Positions 23,496 to 64,000 of a stretch of 64,000 nucleotides of DNA are shown piece by piece (position 1 is the stretch's first letter; the number at the start of each line of letters is the position of its first letter). Origin of the DNA: Sphaerodactylus townsendi (lineage: Eukaryota); assembly GCF_021028975.2 (NCBI RefSeq), contig NC_059427.1:119970001-120034000 (forward strand), written 5' to 3'. The notes beneath the pieces were generated by a model that saw only the letters and a program-made list of their open reading frames with translations, ran no database searches and was not told the DNA's origin. The position numbers and the translations under genes are program-made.

Positions 23496-24387
23496 GGCCC
23501 CTTGCGCACATGTAGAATAATGCACTTTCAATTCACTTTCACAATTGTCTGCAAGTGGATTTTGCTATTTCACACAAGTCGAATCCCCATGGGGAAAGTC
23601 AAACTAGATCAAAGGAAGTTTGAGAATAAACCGCACCTTTTCAACGAGGTTCCAATCACCCCACCGCAGCATATTTCCACTGAAGACATCTAGGCCTATC
23701 GCGCATTCAGGAAATATAACATTCCCCACTACCACGCGATTGCCATGGCTGGTCTTTCCTGATTGGCTGGCATGCCATGTTGGGGCGGGACTGCAAAAAT
23801 GTGATCAGGCATTCCAGCCACTGCTGATAGAAGTTCTCCCAGTCACTTGAAAAGAAATTGAAGTTCGCACGTTGTGAGAGTGAACGTTAAACCATTTACT
23901 GTTTAATCGGCTAATCGTTTTACTGTCCTCCTGTTCAAACGGTTTACTGGCTAACGTTTCCTTGCACACATACACACCGCGACCACAAGCAAAATTGAAA
24001 CCTAGAGGAGGCTGCGCGTGCATCATGCCAGCCCACTGCACGCTGATTGGTTAGAAGACATTTGCATCACGAACAGCGGCAGGAATTCGGAACCCAGATT
24101 GGACCCCTGATCCTCCCCTCCAAACTGGATTGAAGACATGTTTGCAGAAAAAGTTGTACTTGCAACCAGGTTCTGCAAAGATGGGGGATAAGGGGGAGAA
24201 TGAACAACAGAACCTGGATGAAGCCTTGTTAGTCGCTCGACCAGTGGGGAGTTCTTCCAGAATCCTTGATATTTCACATGAGTATCACACGATAATTGAC
24301 CATGGGGAACCAACCACAGTAAAATCCAGCTGGAAAGTACACTGAAAGTGGACTGAAAGTGCATTATCCTGCATGTGCGAAGGGTCC
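23496..24387. mobile_element. Harbinger-like non-autonomous element (short copy at 45768-45918)
   Basis: ~75-nt TIRs starting GGCCCCTT, TAA on both sides. Confidence 0.75.
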
Positions 24388-24571
24388 TAAGAGACCAATA
24401 TAGGGCACAAGCTTTCCTGAGTTAAAGCTCACTTTGCCAGAACAGAGAAAAATGTGACCATTTCAATTTATTTAAGCACGTGGTGGCTTAAATAAGCAAG
24501 TATCGGAATACCTTCCCACAAAACTTCTCGGTTTTAAGTGTCGCCTAAAAGCATTTATTTAGATGAATTAC

Positions 24572-24710
24572 CTGCTCTTACAGCTTGAAGGTCTGCGGCC
24601 TCTAACAACAACCCTACACAGAACTCTCGGAACCTCCTCCTTCTCCCCCATCGCTTTCTGCTGAAGGCAGCAGCAGCAGAAACCGACTATAGCGCTCGTC
24701 CCGTTAGCCC
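24572..24710 (-). other. TEN1: Probable TEN1 non-coding exon 1 (5' end approximate)
   Basis: Minus-strand donor CAG|GTAATT at 24572/24571 on the edge of the CpG island; the ATG-bearing exon has its own upstream acceptor. Confidence 0.55.
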
Positions 24711-24927
24711 CGCCCACCTCAAAAGTGAGTGGGAGGGAATCTCCTCTCGCCACGTGACCGGAGTCACCCAGCGGGCGCGCCCATCCCGTGTCACGTGGGG
24801 GGTTGGTGTGGGCGGAGCTGGATCGGGTTAACCCCCGTCCCCGTCCGCACGGACGGGCAAATCGGCGGTGATTTCCTCGCTCTTCTTTCCTGCTCGGGTG
24901 TCAGAGTGGAGCCGCCGCCGCCTCTCC
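24690..24927. promoter_or_regulatory. Bidirectional CpG-island promoter of TEN1 and ACOX1
   Basis: CpG-rich; GC boxes near 24707 and 24810; E-boxes CACGTGAC 24751-24758 and GTCACGTG 24790-24797. Confidence 0.8.
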
Positions 24928-59056
<34,129 letters not shown>

Positions 59057-60582
59057 TGAAATTTGGAGCCATTGCTCGTACGCTATTCCAGTCCCCAGAT
59101 TTGATGTCATCTACCCTATGTGCCCTTGAATCACTTGGCAAATCTAAATTTCCATAGGGTAGCCAATAACTCACTTTGCTTGTTCATTTTTAAAATAGGG
59201 AGGGGATTAGTCCGGGGAACACAAGATGATATGAAGTGCAATTTGTAATTATGTTTAGAAACTAGCCCTTTTTAATCATTCAGAAAAGCTTTACAGATTG
59301 GTGTGAGGCATTGATTTTGTGAAGCACTTAACTGCTGAGCAACTCCATGTCACCTAGCAGGATTTTTACTACTAAGTAGTTGTATTCAGGAAACAGTTGA
59401 TGGGAAGCAGCAGCACTTTTTCACTGTCGTACCTAATCTAGGCAAGAGTTGTCAGAACCCTCCAGCAAATCTCGTTCTATTTAGGAGTTAAAAGGCCTGG
59501 GCATTCTCATAATTTGCTTCATTGTCCAAGGAATGGACTTCTGACCTCATGGTGCAGGAAGAGAAATTCTGCTTTCTTGTATAGCAGTGCTATGTTGGAT
59601 GGCATCTAGGAGTTCATATCCCTCTCATAAATAAAGTAAGAGTTCTAATTAAATCACACTGCTATGGTATGAAAGCACTTCCTGTCTCCAGCAGCTGCTG
59701 CTCCTTCTCTGGAATGGCTGCCCCCTTTCTCTAGTAACAGGGAAGGGGAAAATAGTACCGTGTCCTTGCTTTCAAACCTGGAGAAGAGTGCTTTCACCTT
59801 AGCAATTCTTTTAATTTGCATTATTTCGGATCTGTAAAGCTTTCGTCATGGGGTAAAAACAAATCTTACTTGTTCCATTTTGTCCTGGAAGGCAGAAAAG
59901 AACTCTTTCTGAAGCACTCACACTATTTTAGACATTTATTTATACTGTTGTGCCCTGAACTTATGGAATTGTATCGCTAGAATAGATGCAAAGAGTGACT
60001 GTTGTCCATTCCAATTGTAAAGCTAAGTGTGTATGAAGACTGGCATAGCAGAAGGCTGATACTGCATATTCCTGATGCCATATGCCACAAACAGAGCTGA
60101 TATACCACAGCAGGGAGAGATTAATCTGTTAGGAGAATCATGTTTTAGCACTGTACAAAACTGAAATCCATTACACTAAAAATTGCTACACAAGGATAGA
60201 TTCACGTAGCAACTCGAGTTTTCAGGACAACCAGCTGAAAAACTGGGGAGCTCCCTTCAGTTATATGAAGTTGTAATCAAAGAATCTGAACAAAGACTCT
60301 GGAAATGGACTCGTGGACTTGTTTTTTATCCCTACGTAGGTATGCTGCTTGGATTCTCTTAATATAACCTTCAGGCAGGGAAAGAAACATGTATTTTAAA
60401 ACAGAAGTGAACTTTGATTGTAAAGTCATTTTTTAACTTCCTAGCTGCCGAAGCATTCCATTCTAAGATGTGATTACTGTATTGTTAACATGTTCATCCT
60501 GGACTTTGGTATACTTCAGTGGAATGCTGTATAAAAAACTGTACAGTTAAAAACCATCAATTGTACAACATGCATAGATCTT

Positions 60583-60588
60583 AATAAA
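60583..60588 (+). terminator. Candidate distal ACOX1 polyadenylation signal (a proximal AATAAA is at 59630-59635)
   Basis: AATAAA preceded by several TGTA elements and followed by GT/T-rich sequence. Confidence 0.55.
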
Positions 60589-60807
60589 GAAACTCACTTT
60601 CAGATAGTGTGACACAAATATTGTCCGTCTTTCTGCCTCTGATGCTTTATAAGAATGCAATGGGTGTTTCAGAGGATAGCCTGTTACTCAAAGTAAACGG
60701 TCTCAATGTTGGAGGAAATTCGCCTCAGACACAACTCAACCAGAAGGGGTAACTGAGATCTATAACCTGTGTTTACAGAAGGCCATTATGAAAATAAAAA
60801 AGGTTTT

Positions 60808-61028
60808 GGGGTGCTGTGTGGTTTCCGGGCTGTATGGCTGTGTTCTAGCTGCATTCTCTCCTGAGGTTTCGCCTGCATCTGTGGCTGGCATCTTCAGAGG
60901 TTCCTCTGAAGATGCCAGCCACAGATGCAGGTGAAACGTCAGTAGAGAGTGCTGCTAGAACATGGCCATACAGCCCGGAAACCACACAGCACCCCAGTGA
61001 TTCTGGCCATGAAAGCCTTCGACAATAC
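60808..61028. mobile_element. Palindromic Penelope-like insertion (two ~90-nt inverted arms)
   Basis: Arms meet at 60900-60903; flanking repeat AAAAAAGGTTTT at 60796-60807 and 61029-61040. Confidence 0.78.
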
Positions 61029-63889
61029 AAAAAAGGTTTTATTAATAAAATAACAAAAAGTAAATATTTTTTAAAACTATGAACATACACATACAAGGCA
61101 TGCAAGATCTGACTAACAGCCCCTTCCAAAGGGGGGGGTGAATTCCCCACCGAAGGCAGTGTGGTGTTGCACCAGCAAATTTGCCCTCCCTGGGGCGCAT
61201 GCCCAGTGGTGGGGCGGATGCATTGGCAGGCTGCTGTTGCAGCTCTCCACAGCACTCTAATGCAGCTCAGAATGCCATGCCAAAATTCCTGTGTAGTGGG
61301 GGTGATCCAGAGGTGTGGCCAGGGGAAGAGCCAAAACTAGTCAGCTTCCACCCAGCCATTGCCTCAACAATGCCAGAACCCAGGGCTTTGGACTTATCCC
61401 ACCTTTTCAGTGGTATAAGTTCATTAAGCCCAATGGGGGTTTTCTGACAGCCGGAGGTTTTTTGTGTGTTTTTGGCTCCCTAAGCTACTGGGTACTCCCC
61501 TTGGGAATGGCAGGGTGGAGCAGCTGCAGTGCTGTAGCTGGGCACCCGGGCCTTTAGATGGGGCTATCAGAGAAAAAGGTAGAAGTTGGTTAGGGTTTCA
61601 GGGATGGGTGATACTTCTGCAGAGGAGATGTCCAGTGAAGGCAGTGCTGAAGAGGGAAACGGCTAGCATTTTCAGGAACAAAAGAAAGGGCCCACATGCA
61701 AAGTGTGTGTGTGTGTGTCCAACATGAATGGCCATAAGACTAATATTATTTTCACAAAATGGGTCCTGAGGCAGTTTGAGGTAAGCTAAGTCAAAGACAA
61801 CAAAGTGATGGCTTTTCTGGGCTTGGGACAAACAGCTAGATGAGACTTGATGAGCTGTCAGAATGCAAGGGAATTCCTGGGCTGCTCTAAATACTGATTA
61901 ATCACTTTGATGGATGCAGGTGATTGTTGGGTGCAGACATGGATGCAGAAGAGTGCCAGGATGGGTGCAAGTCAGAATAAGTATTGGTCAACTTGAAGCA
62001 CTAATTAAACCACATTAGGGTGAGACAATGGAGATTAGCTAGCCCATTGTCCAACCAGGCACGCCTTTGGACCACTGGAAAAGTACAGCTGCCAACTACC
62101 TTCCCATCCTGGCTGACACACAAGATGGAGATCCAAAAGCCTCTGAGATGCACCCATTTTGTGTGGAGCCATGCCTTTCCCTTATGCTAGTTCTTGATCC
62201 CTGTGCCACTTAGGGCAAACTCTAGCGGGGGTGGGGGGTGGGTGTCTGGCTGCTTACAAGCCTGTCTCAGTGAAAATAAGCTATCCCAAGAGGGCATGGC
62301 AGTTTCAGAAAGTGGAGTTTATGGCATCACATTCCTGCTGTTCTCCCTCCCCAAGCTCCATTTTCCACAATACTATGTCCCAGACTTCCAGGAAATTCCA
62401 AAGGTGGAGTTGGCAACTTTAATCGGGCTAACTAAGCTCTTTAGTGTTGCTTTATGGCTATTTGATGCCTTTCCATTAATTTATTGGACCTCCTGTAGAT
62501 CTTGTTAACAGCTAAAATAAACATGTTTATAGAGCAAAGGCAGTACAGTGCTTTCATCTAAGTGGTCCAGATAGCCTGCAAGTCGACGCCTTTATTTCTG
62601 AAGCAAATGTAGAGTCAGTGTCTCAACCAAGGTTGTACCCATTACATTGATGGGGTTTTTTTACAGAACAGGTTGTATTCAAAGCTATGAAGTCTTTCCT
62701 AAATTGCAGTTCACTTGCAGCCTTTTTCTAATAGTAGGAAAATATGACTGCAGTGAGGGGGGATAATATTCAGGGAGCACTCCCCTGAACCAATGGACTG
62801 ATTGTACGGTTGCCAACCTCCAAGTGGTGCCTGGAGATTTAGAATTACAATTACAATTAATTTCCAGATCAGTTCAATTGACAGAAAGTAGTGACAGAAG
62901 AAAGTAGTTCTTCTGGAGAAAAAGGCTGCTTTGGAGGGTGGGCTTTAGCACTATTACCCCCTGCCCTCCTCAGGTTCCAGCCTCCATCCCTAAGTTTCCA
63001 AGAATTTCCCAACCCAGAGTTGGCAACCATAGCACTTCTTATTGTTGATTTTAAAAACCCTGAGCCCTCCGGGGGAGGGCGGTCTATAAACCCAATAAAT
63101 AATAATAATAATAACCTTCAAACACTGGAATAAAGCTCACTTAGCCGAAATTATTTTGTATTCATATTAAGAAATGTATTTTATGTGGTTGTAAGACAGG
63201 TTTATGAAAGACCCAGATCAGCAATTTTTTAAAAAATTAGAGGACATGTTTGTTGCTCCCCCACCCCGGTGTATAATTAATTGTTGCCAAACTTCATTTC
63301 TCTGGTGGCACCCCCCCAGAAGGGTGTATTTAAATACACCCGCACCGCACTTACCCTGGGGCCTGCAGTTACTGATATCTAATACAACTTGTTCCTCCTA
63401 AACAAATCGTTACCGAAGCTTACCAAATATTTCTTATTACTAACTACGTCAGCTCCGTAAAGTTCTTCCATTCTTCTGTTTGCAGAGTGGCAAGTTAGCA
63501 ATCTGCACGTGTTTCAATTACACCCACCTTGCATTCTGCGGAAAATAACTTGTGATTGACAAAACCCACCATTACAGAAGAACCCCAAAATTTTCCTTAA
63601 TCCTAGTTTTCAATCTGATAAGAGACAAGGTTTTCCCCCCGCTTTCATGGGTGAACAAAAGCATCCGAACAAAAGCACACTGTTACCGGTAAATGGAAGA
63701 TGCTTCATCTCTACAGCCTATGTGTTGCCTAGCCTATGCTAGAGATACTAGCCTCGGTGGGACGTGGGGCTCCGCTGGAATTATCATCTCCAGACTACCA
63801 AATTCAGTTCCCCTGGAGAAAAGGGATGTTTCGAAGGGTGACCTTTATGGCACTGTACTACCCCACTGGCATCCCAAACTCCATCCCAG

Positions 63890-64000
63890 GAAGGCTACAG
63901 CGGGCCGGAGATTGAAAGAACTACATTTCCCAAGATGCTTTGCGGCCGTTTCAAGGGGAAGTTTGCCCGGGCGGCTTCGACAGGAGCCGATTGTGCAGGG
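63890..64000. promoter_or_regulatory. Edge of a CpG-rich promoter of the next gene, with ZNF143/SBS motif
   Basis: AACTACATTTCCCAAGATGC at 63919-63938 and rising CpG density. Confidence 0.65.

Overview
Vertebrate genomic DNA from a squamate reptile, probably a gecko judging by the SINE/MITE repertoire (inference). Three protein-coding genes can be assembled by hand, all with GT-AG introns and consistent phases. (1) CDK3 is on the minus strand and partial: 5 coding exons, 12453 to 2404, with the last exons beyond the left edge. (2) TEN1 is on the minus strand and complete at 128 aa (22672 to 18337), with a probable non-coding exon 1 near 24572-24710. (3) ACOX1 is on the plus strand and complete at 663 aa (24928 to 59056), ends in the PTS1 signal AKL, and carries two duplicated 161-nt alternative exon 3 copies. 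TEN1 and ACOX1 share a short CpG-rich bidirectional promoter. A further CpG-rich promoter with a ZNF143-type motif starts at the right edge. The introns contain tRNA-derived SINEs, hAT/Harbinger/Tc1-type MITEs, CR1 and L2 fragments, a probable solo LTR, and four short Penelope-like insertions. The most notable non-genic signal is that these Penelope-like insertions carry minimal hammerhead-ribozyme cores, three of them in the ACOX1 sense direction and each paired with an antisense arm. I found no convincing wholly new protein-coding system. Most ORFs in the supplied track are spurious.
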